Of a stretch of 64,000 bases of DNA, positions 1-12,789 are shown piece by piece. Every line of letters begins with the position of its first letter. Within the stretch, counting starts at the first letter, position 1. Origin of the DNA: Lama glama (taxonomy: Eukaryota); contig CM052818.1 in NCBI GenBank assembly GCA_028534125.1, positions 10,418,001 through 10,482,000 of the forward strand, read 5' to 3'. The notes under the pieces are model-generated. The model was given only the letters and a program-made list of their open reading frames with translations. It did no database searches and had not been told where the DNA came from. Made by a program: the position numbers and the translations under genes.

Positions 1-211
1 GGCCCACTGCAGGACTCCATCTGTGACCTCTGTGGATAGCTCTGATCCTAGGGTGCTGTAGCATCTTTCCGCATGTCTGCCTGCTTCTTCAAGCTCTGCG
101 GTCCTCCAGGGAGCTTCTCTGTTTCTAGGGCAGAGCTGGGCAGGTCGAGAGTGTTCAGAGTGATTTTGTTGAAGGGTGATTTTTGAGATCTGTATCACAG
201 GCCTTGATGTG

Positions 212-330
212 CTTAGAACCGTAGAATGTTAGAGTTGAAAGGGAATTTATTGCTGACCGAATCCAACCAAGTTGTTCTACAAACAGGGAAACTGAAGTTC
301 AGGAAGACCCAGGTCACAAGATTACGCAAC
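212..330 (-). mobile_element. MIR3/MIR-family SINE fragment
   Basis: agaatgttagagttgaaaggga...acagggaaactgaagttcagg...aggtcaca resembles the reverse MIR core and MIR3 tail. Confidence 0.6.
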
Positions 331-439
331 TAGCCAGTCGTATACTTCAATTTAGTGCCCTGATTGATTGAGCAGTTGTCCACTATGCTGGAAACCAGGC
401 TGAACACTGAAAGTTCTGACTTAATTTCTTGTATGATCT

Positions 440-620
440 CCCTGTATTGTCATTTAATTGTCAGAGTAACTCTGTGGGTCAGCACAGTTGTTATACTCAT
501 TTTGCAGGTGCAAAAACTGAGGCCTTGAGAGGTAAATAAATTGCCTCAGTCACATGGTAAGTGAGGAGCCAGGCAGTGCGACCAGAGAGGAAGCTGCTGA
601 CCATGACGCTATTCTGCCTG
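440..620 (-). mobile_element. MIR SINE
   Basis: cattttgcaggtgcaaaaactgaggccttgagaggtaaataaattgcctcagtcacatggtaagtg matches the reverse-complement MIR core. Confidence 0.8.
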
Positions 621-1604
621 CCATATAGTTGGTGCTCGATGAGTGCTGAGGTTCTGACCAGTTCAGTCTCTTCATCTGTGACATGGGAGTCATTTTTTGC
701 AAAGCATTTTGAAGGCCAACATGAGAAACATGTACTAAAGCCCTTGAAGACTTAAGTGCTGCAGGACTGGGTGACACTGTTGGGAGAAGGGATTTGTAGT
801 CTCCAGAGTGTTTTCACAGATACTCTGTGCTTCTGCAGGCACTTTACCCCCTAGGTGAAAAGCCCTGCAGGGCTGCCTCCACCGTGGGCCAGGTCTTGCT
901 CTCACAGAGTCTTGATCGCCCTCCCAGTACACCTGTGTTCTGTGTATGTCGACATCTGTATGTTGTCTGTACTGAATTGTCACACAGGGACCCTACCGTA
1001 CCCATGTCTATTCCCCGAGGAACATCACATGGAGGGGCCCTCAGTGCTGGCTGAATGGGAGGTGTTCATATGCAGCATCATCAGAACCTGGATAAGTGGG
1101 CTTGGCAGGTGTTATAATCCCCAGACTGGACAGCAAGAGGGCTGAACCAGGTGAGCCTTGGGGTGGCCCACAGTCCCACAGTGAGTTCCTGGTAGAATTT
1201 CACCAAGAGCCCAGTCTTCTGCACTCCTTTCCATGTGGTCTCTTCATGAGTAGGTCAGTGGTATGGGAAATTGGGACCATCCTTTCCTTGATGACATAGT
1301 TGTGTCAGGGTCCTTCTAATTTTTGGCTGACCAACCATGAGTTATTCTTTCTCAAATATCCAGGTCCTTCCAAAATGATTAGGAAACTTCCTGAGACCAC
1401 CCAGCTTCCGATCTCTTGAGATTTGGGAAAATTGTGCCTCTGATGAGATAGAGACCTCCTCCAGGAGGAAGCTTCTTGGTAGTTTGAGGTAGTGAGATTG
1501 TGGCCTCACAGAATCTCAGGTTTTGTGGACCTCTCTTCGAGAGCTGGGCTTTGAATGGGGGCAGTGCCTGGGCAAGAAAAGCTTCCTGTTGCCCCCTCCC
1601 CACT

Positions 1605-1711
1605 ACACACACACACACCCAGATATCTACATCTATTTATATACATGTATTTATATCCATATCTATCTATATATGTATCTTTATATGTATCTCTATATAT
1701 ACATATGTTTA
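1605..1711. repeat. (AC)7 followed by a degenerate TA-rich microsatellite
   Basis: directly visible; produces the I/Y-rich spurious ORFs at 1500-1772. Confidence 0.85.
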
Positions 1712-2561
1712 TGGCTGCTTTGGGACTGACTGAATTTTCCTCCCTCCTAAGCTGAGCTCCCTTTGGGAACATGGCCCTGGTGGTAATTTTGTAGTGTGTG
1801 AATCAGTCTATGTCATCCCACACTGGAGGCTTTTTTCTTTCTTGGCTGTTACTGCCAGCTCTCTCTGGCTTGCCCTGTACTGTATGCTCAGCTAGGGATA
1901 AAGTATGGTTTATGCTTGCTGGCTTGGGAGGGATGATTCACCAGAGGTTGAGCCCTTCAGGAATAGTTTACTGATGCAGGAATTAAGATGAGCTGTGTCC
2001 ACCTTGGCATACCCTGCATATTTCAAAGACAGCATAGAGCCAGCCCCTCACCACACACCAGCCTCCTGGAGAGTGTATGATGATGACCCCCCTCCCCTGT
2101 TCAGTGCAGGGTGTGCTTTTGCTCACTTGAGTGAACGTGGGTGCCAGGAGCAGAGACAAGTTTGGATGTGAGTCAGGTGGCTACTCTGGCTCCGGCCACC
2201 TCAGGAAGTCAGGGCAAATCCAGGAACAGCTCCTGAGACCCGGGTGAGGGCCTGTGAAGAAGGTGCACGGACCCTCCAGGCCTTGGCCCACCCTGTAGAG
2301 GATTTCCTTTCTCGTCTCCTCCTCTGCCCATTCACATCCTGCTTTCTCTGGGTCCAGTCAACACCCCAGCTCTGTTGAGAAGCCCTCCGTCTTGGCAGGG
2401 GCGGAGGGGTCGTGTTGCCCAGTGGATCTCGAGGCTGCGCACTCCATGGTGTATGGGGCATGGTCACAGGCACACCCAGATCAGTAAATAGCTGCTGTCA
2501 GACTGGTGCGGGCAGACCTAGGCATCAGAAAGGCATCAGAGAGGCTCCTCCACTGTCTTGA

Positions 2562-2786
2562 GAAGGAGCGTTTTTTTTTTTTTTTTTTGGATTGTATTGT
2601 ATTTATAATGGTTCAAAGCATTTTTGCTCTCACCCAAAATTTTAATGAGAACTATCCACATGATTAAAAGTGTTTCATTTAAATTTTTAAAAAAATTTTC
2701 AGTTAATTAATTAATTAGTTTTTGTTGAAGTATAGTTAGTTACTATGCATCAGTTTCTGGTGTACAGCACAGTGAAGGAGCGTTTT
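2562..2786 (-). mobile_element. Young, severely 5'-truncated L1 insertion with ~130 nt probable 3'-transduced sequence
   Basis: perfect 13-bp TSD gaaggagcgtttt at 2562-2574 and 2774-2786, followed by aa (TTTT/AA L1 endonuclease site); T18 tail at 2571-2588; L1 3' end at 2724-2773 (minus: actgtgctgtacaccagaaactgatgcatagtaactaactatacttcaac). Confidence 0.85.
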
Positions 2787-3280
2787 AATTTCAGGCTCCT
2801 CATCTCTCAAATGGTTGCAATTAGCCTGCTTTCCCCAGGGGAATGAGTGAGAAGGGGCCCGGGAGAAGCAGCACTGTCCTTTTATGGCCCTTTGGAAACC
2901 ACAGGGCTCAGTCCTAAGGGGTCCCCTCGATAATATAGACGTGAAATTCTGTGATTTTCTAGGCACATGAACTCCAAATCCCCTACCTTCTCTCTCACTC
3001 TCAAGAGCATGTCGGACTGGAAGTGACAGTGACCTTATCATGGGGGAGATTTTGAACCTCTTCTCAATTATTAAAACAAAATAAATTATTTTCAAGCCAC
3101 TAGTTGTTGTGGGAACAATTTGCCTGTGGCTTAGGCCATATCTGTTAGAGACACACGGTCGCTTCCCAACACAGTGAACCATGCTTCTGACTTACACAGT
3201 CTGCCTGTGGAATTAGATGGTCCTATACAGTTCACTGTTTTGGGTTTGAGTGTCGCCTCCCTAGTAGTATTGTGGGACCA

Positions 3281-3455
3281 CAGTGTTAGGGCTGGGAAGG
3301 AGTATTAGAGTCATCTAGTTCAATACCCTTATTTAATGGATGAGGAAAGTGTTGCTGAGAGAGGCAGGTGACTCGCTCAAGGTCACACAGTGAAATTATG
3401 AGCTGGTCATGGAATCCGGTCTCTCAGCTCTTAGTCTAGTGCTCTTTCCCCTTTC
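3281..3455 (-). mobile_element. MIR3/MIR SINE
   Basis: gtcatctagttcaatacccttatttaatggatgaggaaagtg...gtgactcgctcaaggtcacacag...tctagtgctctttcc. Confidence 0.8.
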
Positions 3456-3664
3456 TAATGCCATCTGTGTCATCATGATGTGCTGGTCATATATCCTGTT
3501 CATAAAAGGACCTAGGGATGGAGATACCAAATCTCACCTGGTCACCATGTCCACACACACAAAAAAGAAGAAAAGAATGAATTAAAAATAGGGGTGAAGT
3601 CTCCCTGGGAGTTTTACCGTATCGCCCATTTCTTTCTTAATACAGCTGGCATTTCCACCACAGT

Positions 3665-4040
3665 CTTAGTTATATCTGAGAATATTTGGAAGCAACTCAA
3701 CTGTCCAAAAAGGAGATTGGTAAAGTAAATTACGGCACATGCCTATTATGCATTATCTTGCAGTTACTTAAAATGATGCTGTGGAATAATAGCCATCAAT
3801 GTGGGGAAGCACAGTGGGATGCTGTGTGTGAAACAGCTGACGACTTAGGTATATGGGAGTATATCCTTGGTGTGGAAAACACAAATTCATGCATACAAAG
3901 AAAGAGTACCAAAGTGTTAACAATTGTTCTATCTGGATATTGGATTATGGAGTGATCTTTGTTTTCTTCTTTTCTGTATTTCCATTTTTTTTTCCAATGA
4001 AGATTTATTACTTTTATATCAGGGAGAAACAAAAGATGTT
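3665..4040 (+). mobile_element. Old L1 (L1ME-type) 3' end
   Basis: ttggaagcaactcaactgtccaa...ggtaaagtaaattacggcacat...accaaagtgttaacaattgttctatctgg...ttacttttatatcagggagaaacaaaag. Confidence 0.7.
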
Positions 4041-5379
4041 ATTTTTAAAGAAGAAGTCTGCATTAGGAAGATTTATACACAGTCCTCCCCCAAAAGCCTC
4101 TTGGGAATGCATGCTATCCTACAATACAAATACGGATCTAAATGTGGCTTGTCAAACTGGCTCCCGGGAACAGGAGCTCTGATTAAAGGATAGGAAAGGT
4201 TCTGGGCCAGGTCTTTTGATTTCTCCCTGTTCTCAGTCTTCTGGTCTCTCATATGGGTATAATCTGTCTGCTCTCCCTGGGGAAGGAGCTGTATGTACTC
4301 GGCAGCACCTTAGAAATCTTAAATCCTCGACCATAAAGAGCCCAGAGTGAGTCGGTGGTATTGACTGAATGGACCCACAGAAACTCAGCCCAGGCTTCCT
4401 GAATATGAAAGGCAGACAGGACCCCGTCCTGCTGCTCAGGGTTCTCCTGCTGTGTTGGAAGTGAGGTGTGGAAATCCCCTCAGCTGGCACTTGGCAAATT
4501 TGCGCAGAATAATCCTTAGTTGAATCGGCTTCACCTTCAAAAAACTGATCTGAGACCTTTCGGGGAGGCTGAGGTTTCTGTCACCATGGCCTTGACTCCT
4601 GCAGACACTTCCCAGAGACAGTATTTGCTGTCAGGGCTCATGGTGGCCTTCCTCAGAGAAAGGATTCGGATACCCCTTCGCCTATGCTCACAGGTGAACC
4701 TGTGGGCCCAGGTGGCAGGTCCAAGCGGCCTACAAATCAGTTGATGGATTCTTCTCCCTGCCTCTCAGGAGTTTCCTGAGCCACTTGAGAAATGTGCAAA
4801 TAGTTTGTCTTGCAACCAGAAAAACTGCCAAATTCAAGGGCAGGAGGAGGAGAGGCCTACCTCCTGCCAACCCAACGATGTAAGAGCACAAGCCTTTTTC
4901 CTCTAGGGCGGCTTGGACCTGGCTCTGAGCACCGGCTCTGCACAACTTTGACCTGATCCGGGAGGGGCTGAAAGGCTAATCTGCTCATTCCTATTCCAGA
5001 CAGTCGCAGATTAGGGCTGCTGGTTGATATAGTCTACACTATGGAAAAGAGCAGTGTGATTACAATTGGTTTTACAGGCTCCTTGGAGCCTGGGCTGAGG
5101 CTTCCTCTGTTGCAACTTGGAGCTGACCAGCAGGATGACCTGGGCAGCCAGCCTTGGGGATAGATCTTTGACCTTTAGCTGATTGGCTTCCTCTGCAGCC
5201 TGGACATTAGCAGGAGTCTTGAAGGCGAGAAGGGCACATCCTTCTGGACTGTGTGTGACCCTCTGCTTTAATCACTGTTGCTCTTGATCCTCCTGCTCCA
5301 GGGAATCTGAAATGAGTCTTACAAATGGAGCTAATGACAAGTCTCGAAAGCCTGTGCTGGTGACATCTTGTCGACTTTC

Positions 5380-5615
5380 AAGCCTGAGCTCAGGTGCTGC
5401 TTTCACAGTGAAGCCCTCTCTCATCCTGCCTTTCCCATTCGTTCCTGTCTCTGCAGCCTGCATTTCAGACCTTGAGTTTGCCCTTACTCCTTTCTGCCGT
5501 GCGTTTCAGTTAATTGCCTGCCTGCCTGTCTGCACCCCTAAACTGTAAATTCCACAGCACTCTCCGCTGTGCTTGCGTGGTGTAGGTGCCCATTTAATGC
5601 CTGATGGCTTGAAAT
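5380..5615 (+). mobile_element. L2 3' fragment
   Basis: gtgaagccctctctcatcc...ctgtctgcacccctaaactgtaaattcc...gcgtggtgtaggtgcccatttaatgcctgatgg resembles the L2 3' end. Confidence 0.5.
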
Positions 5616-5699
5616 AAAAGGACAGAGCCCCATGGTACTGGGATACTCCAGCTTTGCCGATTGCTTGGACTATTCCTGGTCCCACACTGAGTTTATTCT

Positions 5700-5960
5700 C
5701 TTCTCCTTAATACCTAGCCTGGTATGGGAGGCCGAGGCAGTCCATCAATTAAACAAATAATAAGAAGTTAGCAAGAGGAATATGTCATGATCCCCAACTC
5801 TGAAGAGCTAGTAATGGGGAAAACATTACCCACCTGGAGCAACTAAGAACTATGTCAGAAGTGCTGGAAGTTGTGGGTGAGGTCACAGGGACCATTAGAG
5901 AGGCCTTTCTGGAGGAGGCAGAATTTCCTTTAGAGCCTTAACGATGGGAAGGATTCTGAT
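5700..5960 (-). mobile_element. L2 fragment
   Basis: agagaggccttttctggaggaggcagaatttcctttagagccttaacgatgggaaggatt is typical antisense L2. Confidence 0.55.
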
Positions 5961-6009
5961 GAACCAGTCTGTCATTTTCTAAGAAGACAGAGGAAAGATC
6001 TTGGCATTT

Positions 6010-6205
6010 GTATCAGAAGATTTGAATTTATTTTCTAACACTGACTTGCTGTACAGTCGTGGATAAGCCACCTAACTTCTCCAGCCTCGTATTTTTAAAA
6101 ATGGGAATCCTGAAAAAAATCGGCTTAGCTCTTCTTATGGAATGCTGGTGACATAAAGGATGTGAAACCTTTTGCAGAGGAAAAATCATGTATAAATGCT
6201 ACTTC
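6010..6205 (+). mobile_element. MIR SINE (degenerate)
   Basis: cagaagatttgaatttattttctaacactgacttgctgtacagtcgtggataagccacctaacttctccagcctcg...aaaatgggaat. Confidence 0.6.
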
Positions 6206-6394
6206 TTAACACTGCCCTTATCAGTCCCCTATGAGGATGCACAGCCTGCTTCCATGATTGCAAAGGTACTTCACCCATTTGTTTTAGGACTATTGATTGT
6301 CTGATTTCCTGAGAACCCTTTGGCATGCTTCTCATTTTTGCATGAACTTCAGCTATGTACGTTATGCTTTTTTCAGTGCCTTCTAGAGCTTTAA

Positions 6395-6660
6395 AAACAG
6401 TCTTTTAATTCACAGTTACCAATATATTTTACATCATTTTACAATACTACACACTTAAGTTTCAGTTCATACATATGCACACAAGTACGTATCAAAAGCA
6501 GAATTTTCATAAAACCAAATGCCATTGCTGTCTACAACACATTGATCTTCCCTTTCCCTTCCTTTTCCATCCAACTTTTTTAATTAAAAAATTCTGGTTG
6601 CAACCTCATAAGTTGATTTCACATCATCCTGCCCTCGTAGGTTTAAAAACCCTTTTCTGG
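6395..6660. mobile_element. hAT-Charlie-type MITE remnant (subfamily uncertain)
   Basis: ctggttgcaacctcataagttgatttcacatc...gtttaaaaaccctt resembles Charlie MITE terminal sequence. Confidence 0.45.
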
Positions 6661-6989
6661 ACTGCACAAAGAACCATCTCAGAAAACAAGATACGTGGAG
6701 CAGCAAACTAGAGAAGTTATCCAGTGTGAGCTAAATTAAACTCAGACTATGAAGTTGACGGTTTAGAGGAGGAAGACAAGAGGTTCACGTCAGTTTCTCA
6801 GGTTTTCCTGGTGGAGATAAGAGTGATGCCTTTAGCATCTGGTACATGTTGATGGATGGATAAAATAAGAGGATTAAATGCTGTTGTAGGTAAGAAGGGC
6901 AAATAAAGGCATGATAGGCTGGCTGGCAGGAAGAATGAGTGTTTTTGTTTTTAGTACAGTAAAAAGTTACAGGAATTGTAGTGAGCAGT

Positions 6990-7185
6990 TTTGGGAAATC
7001 TGGTTTGCTAGGTAGTAGGACCAGATTATAGAAGGGTTTGAGTCTGAGACTGAGACCAGTAAAATTGGTAGGCAATTTGGCTTGAATGTGGTAGGACGTG
7101 GGATACCTTTTGTGGTCCTTGAATAGGAAAGTGATTTGTTGAAAGCAGTATTTTGGGAAGGGTAATCAAGCAGCTATAATTAGGG
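6990..7185 (-). mobile_element. L2 fragment
   Basis: ggaccagattatagaagggtttgagt...gaataggaaagtgatttgttgaaagcagtattttgggaagggtaatcaagcagc. Confidence 0.55.
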
Positions 7186-8589
7186 TCAGCATTTCTTCAG
7201 GTTAGAGGGATGTGGCTTCTGTTTTCTGGGTAGAGTATGCAAATTTGGGGCCATAGCTGAATTGCTCAGGGAGTCAGGGAGACAGAGAGCTGCCACCTGA
7301 ATCACCCCTTTCCAGTTTCTTCTGACTGGTGTACAGTCTCTCTCCTAAGGAATGACGAACTCGTTTGCTTGCTTGTTTTAAAGGAGCACTGAATTCTTAG
7401 ACACCTAAGTTCATACCAAGTTACTGACCTTCTCAGGGTGCTCAGGTGTTTGATCTGGCCTTGAAAGCGTCAATAAACCTCAGTTTCCCCTCCGTTCTCT
7501 GAAGTAGGAAGACTCCGTTGTTACCACCTGTTTTAGCAATGTGGCTTGACATCCCTGGAAAGGCTTCATTTTGTGGCAGGAAGAACCAAGGGACAGAGCT
7601 AATGTGAGAAGGTGTATGTTGCTGAGGGAGAAAGAGAACAGATGAGAAAAGGATCTGAACTTGAGGGAATGGGCTCATTTACCACTGGTCTCACCTTGTG
7701 CAGTGAGAGAATCAACTGATTTGGAGTCTGAGTCTCTTAACTTTGTAACCCTGATTTATAATTTGATCTTTTTCAAATTCTAAGGCTCTATTCTATGGGA
7801 CTGATGTGGGAAATTGAGCTAAAAGGCAAGATGGAGGAACACATAATTGGTTGCTCATAAATAAAGGAGCAGGAAGGGGCTGGAATTAGCTTAGAGCTTA
7901 TTTACAACCTCCCTTAGTGGGACGTGACGTAACAAACCCAAGCATCAGAGGCTGGGATAATGAGGGAAATGACCAAGGGCTGGAACAGAGCGTCCAGCTC
8001 CTCGTATTCCTTTGTGGTGTGTGCTACACCGACAAAGAGGGGGATTTTCTGATTGTCTCTGCCATGCTGACCTTTAGCATGTTTACTTTTCAGTTGGTTT
8101 GGGGAAGGCCCGTTTGAACTCTGCAGTATGAACAAGTTCACTCCTCCTCTACTCTCCTTTTTTTTTTTTTTTCTATCCCCTCTTGCCTGAAACGGTTTGC
8201 TGAGTGACAAATAAACACAAGTTGTTTTTACAGGTGTAAAACCAACAGATCAAATGCTGGCCTGTGCCTGGGCTTGTGAACGAGGACTGTGTTATGTTTG
8301 GAGAATACCACTGCATCATTTACACTTGCAAACCCTTTGTAATCTTAATCTCTTTGTTGCTTTTATGTTATACTGGCCCCCCAAGGTTAAAGAAAGAGAT
8401 TTAGACCTTAAACACAAATCCAGCCTTCAAGCTCTGGAATTATCTTTGCCTTTAAATGCAGCTGATCAATGCCCATTTCTTTTGAAAATAAAACCCTTTT
8501 GAACCTTGAAAGCCTTCCACTGTTGAGCTATGCCTAAGTGCCACATGGGGGAATGGGCAGAAAAGAGCCCATTTTTCCCTTAGTGCTTG

Positions 8590-8835
8590 CATTAGGGGTC
8601 CCAGAGTTCAGTCCAACGCAATCAATTTAATTGGCGCTAGCTCTGGTGACAAATTATGCTGGTTTACACTCCAGTGTAGCAGAGATTCCTCAAACGCCGG
8701 GGAAGAAGGGAGATACACTTCTTGGTCTCTACTTAAAGAGGGCAACAGTATTGGAAAAGGAGCACATTTAATTTATCACTGTCAGAGCAGGTGCAAAGTT
8801 TAATTCTAACTAAAAGCATTAAACAATTAACCCAG
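8590..8835. promoter_or_regulatory. Putative conserved non-coding/enhancer-like block
   Basis: no recognisable repeat; clustered caatcaatttaattgg, tgacaaattatgc, atttaatttatcactgtcag, aaacaattaa motifs; conservation not verified. Confidence 0.3.
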
Positions 8836-9830
8836 ACAGTCAGGCCTTCTGAAAATGCTCAGTAGCAGGGAACACACGGACCAGACTACCAATGGAAACA
8901 TCGATGCTTCTCTTTTATTCCGCTGAATATCTTCTTGCATTAAAAAAAACAAAAAAACAAAAACAAACAAAAAAAAAAAACAAAGGAAAGTCCCAGAAAT
9001 ACAATAACTTCTCAGGTCTTTTGGTTGATATCTGAATTGAAAGGGCCAGAGAGGACACCACCTTATACTCAAAGATCAACAAATAGCTGTCCCTTGAGCC
9101 CCAGTTGATTAGCTGTGTGAGAAATAAGAAGTCACTTGGGTTTGAAGCTCTCATAGACTGACTGTCCCACCTTTTTATGGTGAACTATATTACCATGCAA
9201 TATATATTCCACTAATTTGAATTGTTCTGCAGTATCTGAATCCCTGTAGGTTATCTGTTATTTTGGAGCAAAAGGGAAGCAAAAGGGAAGAACTAGGGGA
9301 TGGACAGGATTCAGAAAACAATGAAGTCCAGTTAGACATAGAGATGAACATTGCTTTCCAGATTCTTAATACATTTACTTCTTGTGATTGTTGAGTTGAC
9401 CAGAGAATCATTGCATTTTGAAGCTGTAATGTTCTTAGAGAACTTTGGGGCTTAACCTGTGGTATTTTATTGTGCAAATATTAAGGCCCAGCTGGAAAGG
9501 GTAAGTTTCTGCTGCATGTTACATAGTTTCTGCACCTATTCTGACTTAGTGCAGGCAGTTCTGACTGTGGGCTTTGGAGGCTGTCAGACGTGTATTTGAA
9601 TTGTGACTGTGTTTCATTCTTGGCATTGTAGGCATTTGTAAGCACTGGATGGTGATACCTCCCTCGGTAATGCATATATATAAATAAAATGCACCCACCT
9701 CTGTACATGGCATCTGTAGCCCTCATCATGTGTTAGTTTCCTACGTCTCTTCCTTCAGATGCTCACATTAAGAGAAGGGCTATGGATAAAGCACCTAGTC
9801 CAGTATCTGGAACACATTAGCAGTTTATTT

Positions 9831-9915
9831 TTAACTCTTTTTTTTTTATTTTTTTTTTTTTGTTGTTGTTGAGTTATAGTCATTTTACAATGTTGTGTCA
9901 ATTTGTTAACTCTTT
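9831..9915 (-). mobile_element. Ultra-short L1 3'-end insertion
   Basis: TSD ttaactcttt at 9831-9840 and 9906-9915; T-rich tail; ~35 nt L1 end (minus: aaattgacacaacattgtaaaatgactataactcaac). Confidence 0.8.
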
Positions 9916-10074
9916 AGTCAACCAGGAGAAAATAGTTTACCTTATGATTCCAGTGCTTTGGAAGTTTAGGAGCATTATTGTTTTCTGGATTCATTTATCA
10001 ATTCAAACGTGTGTTACTGAAAGAAGAGGTTAAAATTGAGTTTGTTTTTTAAAAAAAGTGTGGCTAGATGATAT

Positions 10075-10200
10075 TTGGGCTGTGTGGGACCTTCGAGATG
10101 GTAGACCACCTTCCTTACTTACAGATGAGGAAACATAGGCCAAGATTGGTTAAATACATTACCAAGGACACAGCTGGTTACCATCAACCAACCCATCTGG
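10075..10200 (-). mobile_element. MIR3/MIR fragment
   Basis: gggaccttcgagatggtag...ttacagatgaggaaacataggccaag...accaaggacacagctggtt. Confidence 0.7.
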
Positions 10201-10749
10201 TGATCTCAAGGTCATGCCCTTGACCTTACAGAACCATCTGGCTCCACTGAACACATTCTGAAGCCACAGGGGCCTGTTCTAAACTTGTCACAAAGGTAAT
10301 CTGCTTTTGGGTTAGCTACCAGATTGCTGTATAGGAGAAAGTTATGGTGCTGTTTTAGCATATTGTTTAAGTTAACTATTTTAAACATAGATTATCCTGC
10401 TTTTATTTTTTAATATAATGTAGCATTATTAAAAAAAATTTAAGGAGAAACAAACCAACCAACTATGCAACGTTCCATGTCCTGCCCCAGCACCAAACAC
10501 TGAGCACCAGTTTCACTTGAGGGAGCTGGCACCAGTCCCATGATTGGAAAAGAGTCAGTGTCTGGGTCTTAATTTCATAATTTGTGTGTCAGTTTCTATT
10601 TTGTGGAAAGGTCCCTGGTGCCTTTTCTTAGCTAGTGCTGACTTGAGTGTTTGCATCAGTGTTGTCTGTGGAAGCATGAGAGCCTCTCAGAGACCAGCTC
10701 TGTTCACCCAGTGTAAGGGGAAGATGTTTATTAACTGCCTACTGAATAC

Positions 10750-10905
10750 ATGATTTCATTTAATCCTTACAACAACTCTTTGATGTCAATGCTACTATCT
10801 CTACTTCAGAGGTAGAAACTTGGGAGAGGTGAAGCCCACCAGGGAAAGGAGGAGCCAGGATTTCAACCTGATTTTGCCTAAAGCCCATGCTGTTTGTAAT
10901 CTCCA
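10750..10905 (-). mobile_element. MIR SINE
   Basis: atttcatttaatccttacaacaactct...agaggtgaag...gagccaggatttcaacctg...aaagcccatgct. Confidence 0.7.
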
Positions 10906-11469
10906 TGATGCTGTTCAGTAGTTATGGCCTCATTAGACTTACGTTACCAAAATGGTGTGTGATCAAAATCTCAGGAATCACGAAAATAGAAATTGTTCAT
11001 GGGGTGCGTGGGGCCATCAGTTGCTGATGCTTTTTCTTTGAGATCTATGGTCAGTAAGATTTTTTTTCTTTCCAAGTGTGTTTGTTTTCATGGTATAACA
11101 CATTTTTATTACTCAGAAAATGTTCAAAAGGGACCTCCATGCTGTGATTGCATGTTGCTCCCCAGAAAGAAACATCCAGCTGGGATTTATTTTCCATGGG
11201 TTTTGTCAACTTTTGGAAGCCCAGCAGCCATCTCTTTATAGCACTCAGTGTTGTGTGCTTTGGAGGGTTAGAGACTAATGGACATCTTTAAAAAAAAAAA
11301 CCACAACCTGATGGAGCACCTGTTTACCCTGCAGAGTTGTAAAGGGAGGAGAATAAAATGATGATGTGGGCACTCTCTTTTCTCTTTCTCATCAAGGAGA
11401 AGATGAAGTGAGGCTCCAACAATGGTTCAGTTGAGGTCTAGGGCAGACAGGCCTTCCAACAGTGGTTGA

Positions 11470-11720
11470 GAAGTGTGTAATTCAAATTATTAGTCCAACT
11501 CCCAAAGCTCTCATTTATTATATCTGATTGCAAAATAAGGGATCTTACATGCATATGTCTCATATCCTATTTCTCCATTATTTGCTTTACTCATTTATCT
11601 AGACTTAATTGCCATTTCACAGCAGTCTCCATGAAATCTGGTTAAATTGCCTATTGCCACTATAATTTTGGGAGTCTTATATAACTTAATGTTATTAACA
11701 AGAGCTGCCCTTCTCTTGTG
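11470..11720. promoter_or_regulatory. Putative conserved non-coding/enhancer-like block
   Basis: AT-rich, repeat-free, dense TAAT/ATTA cores (tcatttattat, ttaattgcc, gttaaattg, ttaatgttattaac); conservation not verified. Confidence 0.3.
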
Positions 11721-12010
11721 GTCCCTTTGTTTTGCTCCTCGCTGAGCCTCTTTGTCTTCATCCATTCTGGTCCAGCCTGCCCTGGCAGCCATTTCCAAGA
11801 ACTCTGACATGAGGGTGGGGTGAAGGCTTAGGGATCTCCTACAGCCATCCTAGGAAAAGGTATGAGTGCAGTATAGAAAAAAATGGTGAAAGTCTAGTCC
11901 ATCTCAATTTATGTTTTAATATTGCTGATTTCAGGGTATTTTAATCTTGATAGAAGAGAAGAAAATAAAATTTGGGAGGTTTAGCTTTTCCCAAATTTAG
12001 AGGGTTTTTT

Positions 12011-12012
<2 letters not shown>

Positions 12013-12050
<38 letters not shown>
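12013..12050. repeat. (TG)19 microsatellite
   Basis: directly visible. Confidence 0.98.
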
Positions 12051-12051
<1 letters not shown>

Positions 12052-12789
12052 TATGGGTGTGCACATGTTTAAGTTCCCTCTTTATTGCCCTTATCTTTTA
12101 AAGCAAAACTGAAAAAAAAAATCCGCAAGAAACAAAAAACAAAAATACAAATACCAAAATGCATTTCCTTATGGTAGGATAAACATTCAGCTGTGTCATT
12201 TGCAAGAACTCAATAACATAAACAAAAATAAACCAAGCAATTTTCATAGTGAGTTTTTGTGTTTAGTATATGGAGTATTTCTGGATTGTCATCAAGCCAG
12301 CATTTATGACCACTTTAGAGAAATAAAAATTTTAGTAACAGAAAATTATAACATCGTCCAGCTCTTGATGGGGGACAAGGGAGGAGAGGAGACTACAAAT
12401 GATCTTAAGAAGTAGAGTTACAATTTCTGAGGCGTGTAAGGACAGGGTAGAGGGAAGGGGCTGCTGCTGTGTGGAGGTCCGAACCCAACACTGACATAAG
12501 ATTCCTCAGCGTCCAGTCCAACTTCAGAGGGGGCTGGTTTTCTGTGGCTGACAATGTTGTTCTCCTGTTTTGTCTTAAAACGTGTCCTGCCCATCTGCAA
12601 AATGGGAATTCGCGTCCCTGGGGCTAAGGACTAAATTAAATCAGCCCAAATTTTTGTCATCTTAGAAATAAAGTCCATAAAATTTATTTCAGGTCTCATA
12701 TGGCTTATAACTGCAAAATTTCCTTGTAGTTAAAAGGAAGAGAAAAGAATAGAGAAAAAAACCCCAAAACCTATTCCGTTTAACTCTGG

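Noticed and set aside
12480..12640. Minus-strand RWAGHVLRQ resembling an RTE-clade LINE motif, or a next exon of the candidate pseudogene
   Set aside because: The same bases also match the MIR core (ccatctgcaaaatggga); too short to discriminate.
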